A DNA stretch of 44,350 nucleotides from Puniceicoccales bacterium. GTDB lineage: Bacteria > Verrucomicrobiota > Verrucomicrobiia > Opitutales > LL51. Position 1 is the stretch's first letter. Each line of letters opens with the position of its first letter. The position numbers were made by a program, and so were the translations under genes. The notes under the pieces were generated by a model that was not told the DNA's origin, ran no database searches, and saw only the letters and a list, made by a program, of their open reading frames with translations. The stretch spans positions 1-44,350 of the forward strand of contig JAISXO010000046.1 of NCBI GenBank assembly GCA_031270475.1, given 5' to 3'. Below, in pieces: positions 36,271-44,350 of the stretch.

Positions 36271-36738
36271 TTAACGATTACGATGGGCGAGAAAACGCTC
36301 CGTTTCGCGCATTTCAGTACGCTTGCGGAGATTCTGGCGCTTGTCGTAGAGCTTTTTACCCTTACAAAGGGCAAATTGGATCTTTACTAACCCATGGGAA
36401 ATATACATTTTAAGCGGAATTGCCGAAAATCCTTCCCTTTCAATGGCATTTCGAATTTTCCTGATTTCACGCCGATGGAGCAGCAAAAAACGTTGACGTT
36501 TTGCTTCGTGATTTTCCAAATTACCAAAAGCGTATTCATCGATTTGAGCATTAAAAAGGACGAGAGCTCCTTTTCGATCGGTACGTACGAAAGCCTCTTT
36601 TATTTGTGCATTTCCCAGCTTAATTGACTTTACCTCCGTTCCTCGAAGAACAATGCCCGCATCAAAAATATCTCCAACGACGTAATCATGGAAAGCTTTT
36701 TTATTTTTTATTTCAATGGCAGTCGAATGTTTGATCAT
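36271..36738 (-). CDS. smpB: SsrA-binding protein
   Basis: NKKAFHDY, AGIVLRGTEVKSI, LLLHRREI, KGKKLYDKR. Confidence 0.96.
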   Translation of the reverse strand: MIKHSTAIEIKNKKAFHDYVVGDIFDAGIVLRGTEVKSIKLGNAQIKEAFVRTDRKGALVLFNAQIDEYAFGNLENHEAKRQRFLLLHRREIRKIRNAIEREGFSAIPLKMYISHGLVKIQFALCKGKKLYDKRQNLRKRTEMRETERFLAHRNR

Positions 36739-36776
36739 GGGATATGAGCATAACCAATCCCAATTGAGAGTCAAAA

Positions 36777-36980
36777 CTACTTCTTTTGGGGGACTTCGAA
36801 ATTAATCTTTCCCTCGATAATTTCACGGAGAGCAATATCCTCCGGCTCCAGTTTTTCCAGTGAATAAATCAGAGGCCGTTCGCCAAATTTTAATTGTCGG
36901 ACACGCTTCGAAATAATATTAATTAAAATCATCGGGTCCTGAATAATATTTTGAGCCGCTGCTAAATAATCATTTCTCAT
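36777..36980 (-). CDS. rpoZ: RNA polymerase omega subunit
   Basis: ISKRVRQL...PL...IALREI..GKI. Confidence 0.85.
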   Translation of the reverse strand: MRNDYLAAAQNIIQDPMILINIISKRVRQLKFGERPLIYSLEKLEPEDIALREIIEGKINFEVPQKK

Positions 36981-37086
36981 AATTGGATACTATCGATAGG
37001 GACCATTTCCGTGATCTTTGAGAAAAAGTCAAGTTTTTTGGAATATTTTGTTGATTTTGGAATTTCCATCCCTTGAATAGAATTCA

Positions 37087-37692
37087 ATGATTCTTGAGGA
37101 AGAGGATGATGAAGAGGTGGTAAATGATATTCCCAAGGGAGGGAATCATTTATCCATGATCCAGAAAAAATTTTTAGAGGAACGGAAAATTTTTCTGTGG
37201 GGTTCCGTAGATGATCGTTCTGCAAAGGATATTACAGAAAAGTTGCTCTATCTCGAATTGACGGATCCTGGGGAAAAAATTCAATTTTTTATCAATACGC
37301 CAGGAGGTTCGATTACGGCAGGAATGGCAATTTACGACACGATGAAGTTAATTGTATCTCCCATTGAAGTGATCGTTATGGGATTAGCAGCGAGCATGGG
37401 ATCGATTATACTATGTGGTCCTCAAAAAGGCAATCGCTTACTTTATCCCAATGCGCGGGTACTCATTCATCAGCCGCTCATTTCGGGGCGGTTTTATGCC
37501 CAGGCAATTGATATTGGCATTCAGGCGGAGGAAATGGAAAAGACTCGGGCCGAGATGAATCGCATTCTTGCCGAAGCTTCGGGACAGCCTTTGGAAAAAA
37601 TTCAAAGGGATACGGATCGCGATTTCTACATGAATGCCCAGGAGGCAATTGCCTATGGGTTAGCAGATGCGATTGTGGAGAAAATTTGGTAA
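37087..37692 (+). CDS. clpP: ATP-dependent Clp protease proteolytic subunit
   Basis: INTPGGS, GLAASMG, LIHQP, DTDRDFYMNAQEAIAYGLAD. Confidence 0.96.
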   Translation: MILEEEDDEEVVNDIPKGGNHLSMIQKKFLEERKIFLWGSVDDRSAKDITEKLLYLELTDPGEKIQFFINTPGGSITAGMAIYDTMKLIVSPIEVIVMGLAASMGSIILCGPQKGNRLLYPNARVLIHQPLISGRFYAQAIDIGIQAEEMEKTRAEMNRILAEASGQPLEKIQRDTDRDFYMNAQEAIAYGLADAIVEKIW

Positions 37693-37713
37693 TTTTTTAA
37701 TAAGGAAAGAAAT

Positions 37714-38352
37714 ATGAAGAAATTAGTTGCTCTTTTATGTGTTGTTGGTGTGGGTTATTTGTCTGCCCTAGATTCCGGGAAGACGGCTTCAGATTCCGGG
37801 AAGGTGTCGCTGTCGGCATCGTTGCCATTCAAGGATATAGCGATCGTGCATACTTCGCGAATCAAGGATAAGTACTATAAGGTCAAGGAACTCAATGATA
37901 TTTTGGGGAAGAATATCGATGCCGTGCAAAAAGAATTATTATCGATGGCAAGCGATTTTGATAAAACAAGAAAGGAATACCAGGAATTGATCGATAGATC
38001 GGAAAATCCGGCATTGACCGAAGAAGCTAAAAAGAAGGTTAAAACGGAAGCGGAAGATAAATTGATAGCACTGAAACAAAAGGAAAATGCTATCCTAGAT
38101 TTTAAAACGAATTCTGAAAACCGCATCTCTAAATTGAGCTCGGAGGAGGGGGCTAAAATTGTGACGATGATTCGACAAAAAATTGAGAATATTGCTAAGA
38201 CACAGGGGATTCTATGCGTGTTAGATAGCGATAGTCCGGGTGTGTTATATGGAGAGGATAGTTTGGATATAACGGATAATGTCATTGGGGCGTTGAATGC
38301 GGATCAGCCGAAACCAGTAACGTCGTCTTCAACGGCATCTGCAAAGAACTGA
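37714..38352 (+). CDS. skp: OmpH/Skp periplasmic chaperone
   Basis: Signal peptide, IAIV beta strand, long coiled coil, VLYG...DITDNVI. Confidence 0.8.
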   Translation: MKKLVALLCVVGVGYLSALDSGKTASDSGKVSLSASLPFKDIAIVHTSRIKDKYYKVKELNDILGKNIDAVQKELLSMASDFDKTRKEYQELIDRSENPALTEEAKKKVKTEAEDKLIALKQKENAILDFKTNSENRISKLSSEEGAKIVTMIRQKIENIAKTQGILCVLDSDSPGVLYGEDSLDITDNVIGALNADQPKPVTSSSTASAKN

Positions 38353-38942
38353 TGAATATTGCAAATTACGTAACATTATCACGTATCCCATTGCTTTTTA
38401 TCGTCGTTGCGCTGATGTATTTTCGGATACCATTTGGTTCGACTCTTTGTTTTTTTGTGTATTTGCTCGCGGCGTTGAGTGATTGGTTGGATGGTTATCT
38501 CGCCCGACGCTGCGACATGGTTTCCACATTTGGCAAATTTATGGATGCTTTGACCGATAAAATTTTTATGATCGGGTTATTTGTGGCCATTCTTGTACTG
38601 GGAATACTGCCACAATGGGCGCTATTTTTTGTGCTAATCATCATTGGTCGGGAATTTTTGGTGACCGGAGTACGATTGGTAGCATCAAGTCGCGGCATCG
38701 TATTGGTTGCGGAACGTACGGGAAAATTTAAAACGGTTATGCAAGTTGTAACGATTGGTTTTTTCATACTTTGGCGAATGATTATACAAGATCTTACATT
38801 TTTTCCGGATTGGTTTGGGGAATTGATCTACGAAGTTGCGTTAATTTTATTTTGGGTTTCGACCTATTTGACGATTTCCTCGGGTTGCTATTATATTAGG
38901 CGCTACCAATATTTATTTGATGATCAAAAGGAGGACAAATGA
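38352..38942 (+). CDS. pgsA: CDP-diacylglycerol--glycerol-3-phosphate 3-phosphatidyltransferase
   Basis: N..TLSRI, DWLDGYLARR...FGKFMDALTDK, REFLVTG.R. Confidence 0.95.
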   Translation: MNIANYVTLSRIPLLFIVVALMYFRIPFGSTLCFFVYLLAALSDWLDGYLARRCDMVSTFGKFMDALTDKIFMIGLFVAILVLGILPQWALFFVLIIIGREFLVTGVRLVASSRGIVLVAERTGKFKTVMQVVTIGFFILWRMIIQDLTFFPDWFGELIYEVALILFWVSTYLTISSGCYYIRRYQYLFDDQKEDK

Positions 38943-39436
38943 CCCGTATTTTGCGCGCATTACCGACGAAATTTGTACTCAATGTCGCGACATTAGGCGC
39001 ACTCGGACGTAGTCGTTTTGCCCCGGGAACATTGGGTTCTTTGGCTGGAATTATTTGGTATACGGTTGGGTTTTGGCATGTAACATTCTTTCAATTTGCC
39101 CTCGGATTTTGTGCTTCGGCCTTTGTTGGGACCCTATTTTGCGGGGAAGCCGAATATCGCCTGCAGAAGAAAGATCCGTCCTGTGTAATTTTGGATGAGT
39201 TTTTAGCGATGCCTCTCTGTTACTGGGGAATTGAGCGATTTGCGAGTCAAGTCGTTCTATGGAAAATTTTGATCTATGGGTTTTTATTGTTTCGGATTTT
39301 TGATATGCTCAAACCCTTTGGAATTCGTTCATTGGAGCGGTTTCAAGGTGGAGCCGGAATCATGCTCGATGATATTGCTGCCGCTTTGATGACTTGTATC
39401 GTGCTTCATATAACGGTTCCTCTTGTTTTCACCTAA
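38939..39436 (+). CDS. pgpA: Phosphatidylglycerophosphatase A
   Basis: APGTLGS, KDPSCVILDE, FRIFDMLKPF, GIMLDDIAA. Confidence 0.93.
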   Translation: MTRILRALPTKFVLNVATLGALGRSRFAPGTLGSLAGIIWYTVGFWHVTFFQFALGFCASAFVGTLFCGEAEYRLQKKDPSCVILDEFLAMPLCYWGIERFASQVVLWKILIYGFLLFRIFDMLKPFGIRSLERFQGGAGIMLDDIAAALMTCIVLHITVPLVFT

Positions 39437-39529
39437 GCGTTCAAGATTTTTCGAGTCACTCCACAAAAAATTATATTTTTTTAAATTTAGTATTTGACTA
39501 AAAATTTACCCCAATATAATGCAGGACGT

Positions 39530-40411
39530 ATGGATGGTGAAAGGAAGCAGCCTAATGGGATGTTAGGTGTGGTATTATTGGTTTTTAGTTTATTGCTATC
39601 GGGTTGTGGCGTGGTGACATTATTCAATAACCTGGAGGAAAAAGAGGCCAATGAAATGATCGCTATATTGAAACAATATGGCGTTTCGGCGACAAAAATA
39701 ATTGGAAAGGAGAGCTGTGCGTTATCCGTTCCAAGTGGAAGTTTTTCAATTGCGATCGACCTATTGAATGCTCAAGGGTATCCTTTACCGAAATATCAGA
39801 CATTGGGAGATGTTTTCAAAAAATCGGGTCTCGTTTCTTCGCCATTGGAAGAGCGGGTACGATTCATGAATGCGCTTGCGGAGAGTATTGCGCTAACATT
39901 GAGTAAGGTTCCCGGCGTATTAAAGTCACGGGTCCATATCGTTTTGCCAGAAAATGATCCTTATGCGGAAAAGGTTATACCATCATCGGCGGCCGTTTTC
40001 CTGGCGTACCGATCCGATTCGATGGTTGAAGATTATGTGCGCGATATTAAATATCTGGTGACGAATAGCATTGAGGGATTGGAGTTCGACAAAGTGACGG
40101 TCGCATTATTCCCGGTGACGTTGCCGCCTCTACCGAAAGCGTTGGGCAAAAGCGATACCTTATTTTCCATAGCCGGTATCGAAATGACGGAAGGTTCAAA
40201 GATGCAATTTTTTGTAATCATAGGGATATTGATTGCAACCATCGCGGCTTTCTTGGGAGCCATGGCGTTTATATTAATATCGGCGAAGCGTAAAAAGAAA
40301 GGAAAAGAAGTTAAGGTAGAAAATTTAGCGGAGGCGGCGGATACTCTACCCTCCGAAGGTGCTGTGGGAGAAGAAACATTGGATGGCGAATCATCCGGTA
40401 CTTCGAGCTGA
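39530..40411 (+). CDS. sctJ: Type III secretion inner-membrane ring lipoprotein SctJ (YscJ/HrcJ)
   Basis: Lipobox LLSGC; LFNNLEEKEANEM; F..SGLVSSPLEER.R; RVHIVLP; C-terminal TM. Confidence 0.93.
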   Translation: MDGERKQPNGMLGVVLLVFSLLLSGCGVVTLFNNLEEKEANEMIAILKQYGVSATKIIGKESCALSVPSGSFSIAIDLLNAQGYPLPKYQTLGDVFKKSGLVSSPLEERVRFMNALAESIALTLSKVPGVLKSRVHIVLPENDPYAEKVIPSSAAVFLAYRSDSMVEDYVRDIKYLVTNSIEGLEFDKVTVALFPVTLPPLPKALGKSDTLFSIAGIEMTEGSKMQFFVIIGILIATIAAFLGAMAFILISAKRKKKGKEVKVENLAEAADTLPSEGAVGEETLDGESSGTSS

Positions 40412-40447
40412 AGAGTGAAAGGATAAAGAGTTTTTTAGCAGGGATGG

Positions 40448-41140
40448 ATGAAAATGGAAACGGTGGCATATATTTCAGATTTGTTACGCAGCAATATGCG
40501 TTTATTTTCGGCGATCTATGATTTTAACAATGGAATGATCGATTACATGCATGGGGATTTTGTTCCCGGAATATTATCTGAGAAATTCGTTAAACCTCTG
40601 ATGCAGTCAACCTATCGCGGAAAATTTTTGGAGTATATTCGTCAATTGCTAGGAATTGAAAATCAAGGATGGTATAATTTTTCGGACCCGCGCTATTTCC
40701 TTTGCCTATTGTCAGCGGAGGAAATTCATCGCATTATTTGTTACATTGGCGGTATTTGTTTTTCAGAGCAGATTCGAAAGATTATCTGGGGCCGCGAGCT
40801 AATAAAAATTAAAGGAACTATCGGCAATGACGCCTATCTCTTTTCGATTCGCAGCGCATCTTTAATGCTAAAGGCGGAGGCCGCAGAAAGTTTCCGCACG
40901 GAGGGATCGACGCTCGTAGAAAGTATTTTTAATACGGGAAAGACGATTATTGAAATGGGGTTAGCAGGCATACCGCAAGAGATCGCCCAGCGCTTTATTT
41001 TAAAATTTCCGAAGAATTTTGGATGGGAATTTAATCAGAGGGTCAATGATCCGCAGTACTATTTTGAGTTTATAAAAAAAGTTGTAAAACGTGCCCTTGC
41101 GGAAAGTACTAGCATTGCCGTTTCCATAATAAAGGCCTAA
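40448..41140 (+). CDS. sctK: Type III secretion sorting-platform protein SctK (YscK-like)
   Basis: Position between sctJ and sctL, appropriate size; weak motif evidence only. Confidence 0.6.
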   Translation: MKMETVAYISDLLRSNMRLFSAIYDFNNGMIDYMHGDFVPGILSEKFVKPLMQSTYRGKFLEYIRQLLGIENQGWYNFSDPRYFLCLLSAEEIHRIICYIGGICFSEQIRKIIWGRELIKIKGTIGNDAYLFSIRSASLMLKAEAAESFRTEGSTLVESIFNTGKTIIEMGLAGIPQEIAQRFILKFPKNFGWEFNQRVNDPQYYFEFIKKVVKRALAESTSIAVSIIKA

Positions 41141-41142
41141 CT

Positions 41143-42108
41143 ATGTTACACATTAGCAGAGAAAGATTTCAGTTGTTACCGGAAGGAAAGGTGCTCAAGC
41201 GGGAAGATTATTGTGCTTACCTGGAAGCCGAAAATGCCATCAATCACGCCTATCAGGAAAATAATAAACTCATCCAACACGCGAGCCAGCTTTGCAATAA
41301 GCTCGTTGCGGATACCAATACCAAAATTACGACACTCGTCGGTGCAGTTAATGCTCGGGCACAAGAATTGATCGACAGGGCTAATCAGAGCGCTGAAAAG
41401 ATTATCCAAGAAGCGAATGAAAAGAGTCAGAAGATTTTAGATGAAGCCCTTGATAAGCGGGAACAAATTTTTGAAGAAGCTAAAAAATACTACGAAGATG
41501 AAGCCAAGCGCGGCTATGAAGACGGTTACGCGACCGGTAAAACGGAAATGGCTAAGCAACTCGCCGAACTCTCCGTAAAAAGCGCCGATAATGTAAAGTA
41601 TTTGGAGAGCAGTATCGCGGGACTCGTGGTAAAGGCCTTGCAGCGCATTATCGGAGAGGTCGATCGCCGGGAGCTGATTGTAAATGTCGTTCGCCAGGCA
41701 TTGAAAGCCGTAAAAAATCAACAGGAAGCCATTCTAAAAGTTTCACCCCAAGATTCCCAGGCGGTACGCGATAATTTGAAAGAAATTTTATCCGACGGTA
41801 TTGTTGACTACTTGGAGGTAATAGCCGATTCACGGCTAAAACCGGGGACCTGTATTTTGGAGACCGATCTGGGCGTTATCGATGCCAGTTTAGATATTCA
41901 ATTGGAAGCAATTATTGGGGCATTCAAAAAAGTAATGTCTAAGGACAGTGTAGCTACGATCCAAGATGATGCATCGGAGGGAAAAGAAAGTACGGCCGAA
42001 GAAGATTTAGAAAAAACATCTCTAGAAAAGGAAGAAAATAACGCAACCGAAACGGAAGAGGCCGGAGTAAAGGATTCCGGTGAAGCAACGGAAAAGGAAG
42101 AAATCTAG
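41143..42108 (+). CDS. sctL: Type III secretion stator SctL (YscL/FliH family) with acidic tail
   Basis: KVLKREDY, AxxxGxxxG repeats ([11 protein letters not shown]), [20 protein letters not shown]. Confidence 0.9.
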   Translation: MLHISRERFQLLPEGKVLKREDYCAYLEAENAINHAYQENNKLIQHASQLCNKLVADTNTKITTLVGAVNARAQELIDRANQSAEKIIQEANEKSQKILDEALDKREQIFEEAKKYYEDEAKRGYEDGYATGKTEMAKQLAELSVKSADNVKYLESSIAGLVVKALQRIIGEVDRRELIVNVVRQALKAVKNQQEAILKVSPQDSQAVRDNLKEILSDGIVDYLEVIADSRLKPGTCILETDLGVIDASLDIQLEAIIGAFKKVMSKDSVATIQDDASEGKESTAEEDLEKTSLEKEENNATETEEAGVKDSGEATEKEEI

Positions 42109-42115
42109 GAGAATA

Positions 42116-43477
42116 ATGAAAAAGAAAACTTCAGTGATCAATTCGAATCCATTTGGCCAGGTAGCGGCGACGCTCGACCAACTCCTCGAAGAAACTAAAA
42201 CCGTTAAAACAAAGGGGAAAGTAATCCAAGTCGTCGGAACCATTATAAAGGCAATGGTTCCCAATGTTAAGGTTGGTGAGCTCTGTATTTTGCGTACGCC
42301 ATGGGAGGATACGGAGGTTTGGACAGAAGTAGTTGGCTTCGAAAAACAGGCAGCGATTTTGACTCCTCTCGGCGAACTCATGGGTGTTTCTTCGGCAACG
42401 GAGGTAGTTCCGACGGGTGATGTGCATAAGGTTGGGGTCGGTGACGATTTATTGGGACGGGTTGTCGACGGTCTGGGCCGTGTAACCGTGGAATCAATTC
42501 AGGATAAGGGCGAATTTATTCCAGAAAGAGAATATCCCGTGTATAACGATCCACCGGCGGCGATGTCCCGGGCTCCCATTGCCGTACCCATATCGCTCGG
42601 CGTACGGGCATTGGATGGCTTACTAACCTGCGGCGAAGGCCAGCGACTCGGTATATTTGCTGCGGCTGGCGGTGGTAAAAGTACGCTTTTGGCGCAGATT
42701 ATTCGCAATACGGAGGCGGAAATCAGTGTATTGGCGCTGATCGGCGAACGTGGTCGTGAGGTACGCGAATTTGTGGAAAAAGACCTCGGCATAGAAGGTA
42801 TGAAGCGGGCGGTTTTGGTTATTGCGACGTCGGAGCGATCGGCAATGGAGCGTTTGAAGGCGGCCTACGTTGCAACGGCAATTGCAGAATACTTTCGCGA
42901 TAAGAATAAAAAGGTTCTTCTCATGATGGATTCCGTGACGCGTTTCGGTCGTGCACAGCGCGAAATCGGGCTAGCAGCGGGTGAACCTCCGGCGAGAAGA
43001 GGATTTCCGCCATCCGTCTTTGCAACGCTTCCAAAACTGATGGAACGGGCAGGACAATCGCCCAAGGGATCAATTACGGCGCTTTACACCGTATTGGTCG
43101 AAGGTGACGACATGACCGAACCTATCGCCGATGAGACGCGATCTATTTTAGACGGCCACATCGTTCTATCACGGAAACTAGGTTCGGCGAACCATTATCC
43201 GGCAATCGACATTTTGGCGAGCATTAGCCGTTGTATGAGTGCAATTGTGGATGATGCCCATAAGGCGGCAGCCGGGAAATTGAGAAGTATTTTGGCAAAA
43301 TACAGTGAAGTTGAGTTACTCGTACGCATCGGTGAGTATAAGCGTGGCTCAGATCCAGTAACGGATGAGGCGATTGACCGAGTCGATGGCTGTAATAATT
43401 TTCTCAAACAAGGGCAAAAGGAATGTAATACATTTGACGAAACGGTTCAAATGCTTAAAAAAGTAGTGGGAATGTAA
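42116..43477 (+). CDS. sctN: Type III secretion ATPase SctN (YscN)
   Basis: [55 protein letters not shown]; AGGAGA RBS before ATG 42116. Confidence 0.96.
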   Translation: MKKKTSVINSNPFGQVAATLDQLLEETKTVKTKGKVIQVVGTIIKAMVPNVKVGELCILRTPWEDTEVWTEVVGFEKQAAILTPLGELMGVSSATEVVPTGDVHKVGVGDDLLGRVVDGLGRVTVESIQDKGEFIPEREYPVYNDPPAAMSRAPIAVPISLGVRALDGLLTCGEGQRLGIFAAAGGGKSTLLAQIIRNTEAEISVLALIGERGREVREFVEKDLGIEGMKRAVLVIATSERSAMERLKAAYVATAIAEYFRDKNKKVLLMMDSVTRFGRAQREIGLAAGEPPARRGFPPSVFATLPKLMERAGQSPKGSITALYTVLVEGDDMTEPIADETRSILDGHIVLSRKLGSANHYPAIDILASISRCMSAIVDDAHKAAAGKLRSILAKYSEVELLVRIGEYKRGSDPVTDEAIDRVDGCNNFLKQGQKECNTFDETVQMLKKVVGM

Positions 43478-43482
43478 TTGCT

Positions 43483-43956
43483 ATGGCGCGAAAATATGAG
43501 TTAGATGATTTGCTACGGGTACGGAAGATCCGTAAAGATCGCGCCGAAAAAAATTTGAAAGAGGCCCAACAACTCCTGAAAGAGGCGGAACAAGCAGTCG
43601 TCAAAGCCAAGCAGGAATTGGAAAATTACAAGATTTTTGTCGTCAAGGAGACCAAGCGATTGTATGATCAAATTTTAAAAAAACGTATTAATAAAAATGA
43701 AATTGATAACATAAATTTCATGGTAAAGGAATTGCAAAACAGAATTTTTGATTATCAAAAGCGGGTGGAAGAAGCCATATTGGCCTGCGATAAGGCAAAG
43801 GAAAATTTAGATAATTGTCGGGAAGAATTAAGACTTGCAGAGCGGAATATTGATAAAATCGAGTCAATGAAAGATGTTTGGCGCGAACAAGTTAAATTGG
43901 AAGAAGAAAGGCAAGCGGATGCGGAAGTTGAGGATCTTCCGGCAAAACGAAGGTAA
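43483..43956 (+). CDS. sctO: Type III secretion stalk protein SctO (YscO)
   Basis: Y.L..LLRVRKIR.DRAE, all coiled coil, directly after sctN. Confidence 0.85.
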   Translation: MARKYELDDLLRVRKIRKDRAEKNLKEAQQLLKEAEQAVVKAKQELENYKIFVVKETKRLYDQILKKRINKNEIDNINFMVKELQNRIFDYQKRVEEAILACDKAKENLDNCREELRLAERNIDKIESMKDVWREQVKLEEERQADAEVEDLPAKRR

Positions 43957-43981
43957 AATTTTATAGAAAGGATGGAGGAGA

Positions 43982-44350
43982 ATGAGTGAAATAAAAATCA
44001 ATACCAGCGATACAAATACAAAACCGGTTCGAGCGGAATCGGTTCCAATGAAGGTTCGGGAGCCGCTTGATGTGCGAGATGTGGATCATTTTCAAGCCCT
44101 TTTAGGCGAGCGAGTCGAAGGCGATCAAAAGAAAGATTCCAAGCGGGATTCGAAAAAGGACGAAACCGGACTGAAAGAATCTAGAGATAATCTTCTTGTT
44201 TTTGGAGTAGATTTAGGAGATAAGGTAGGAGATAAGGTAGAGAAGGAAGAGGTAAAGGATTTAGGAGATAAGGTAGGAGATAAGGTAGAGAAGGAAGAGG
44301 TAAAGGATTTAGGAGATAAGGTAGGAGATAAGGTAGAGAAGGAAGAGGTA
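43982..44350 (+). CDS. Partial ORF, open at the window end; putative SctP needle-length ruler
   Basis: GGAGG RBS; MSEIKINTSDTNTKPVRAES... with no stop; follows sctN-sctO; absent from the ORF track because it is truncated. Confidence 0.6.
   Translation, partial: MSEIKINTSDTNTKPVRAESVPMKVREPLDVRDVDHFQALLGERVEGDQKKDSKRDSKKDETGLKESRDNLLVFGVDLGDKVGDKVEKEEVKDLGDKVGDKVEKEEVKDLGDKVGDKVEKEEV
44210..44350 (+). repeat. Perfect 48-bp in-frame tandem repeat (DLGDKVGDKVEKEEVK), at least 2.9 copies
   Basis: Units start at 44210, 44258 and 44306. Confidence 0.97.

Noticed and set aside
39494-39520. sigma70 promoter TTGACT...TATAAT before sctJ
   Set aside because: Good hexamers but only a 15-bp spacer in very AT-rich DNA; plausible but not supportable enough to list.

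Overview
Chromosomal segment of an AT-rich, probably host-associated PVC-superphylum bacterium. The prepilin/'DGH' proteins, long GreA and non-flagellar T3SS suggest Verrucomicrobiota; this taxonomy is inferred. Most genes are housekeeping (greA, gatAC, mnmA, dxr, trxB, ruvB, lysS, miaB, dxs, tpiA, tgt, xerC-like, smpB, rpoZ, clpP, skp, pgsA, pgpA), and a type III secretion operon (sctJ-K-L-N-O-P) starts at the right edge. Five observations are not explained by those genes. (1) A family of variable pilin-like genes: one intact copy (5370-6161) has an ATG-containing 8-bp tandem repeat at its start and looks phase-variable, while the other copies lack the -10 box and start codon and look like silent cassettes. 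(2) A 62-bp indel-free promoter-plus-G-rich-leader element occurs four times, tied to these pilin loci. (3) A ~16.7-kb inversion bounded by a 14-bp inverted repeat (18002-18015 / 34730-34743) split both a pilin-like gene and an orphan gene. (4) A dispersed family of intergenic elements folds into essentially perfect four-way junctions with GAA/TTC/AAA triloops and compensatory changes. (5) A 48-bp tandem repeat lies in the putative T3SS needle-length ruler. All calls were made by eye; no database searches were run.
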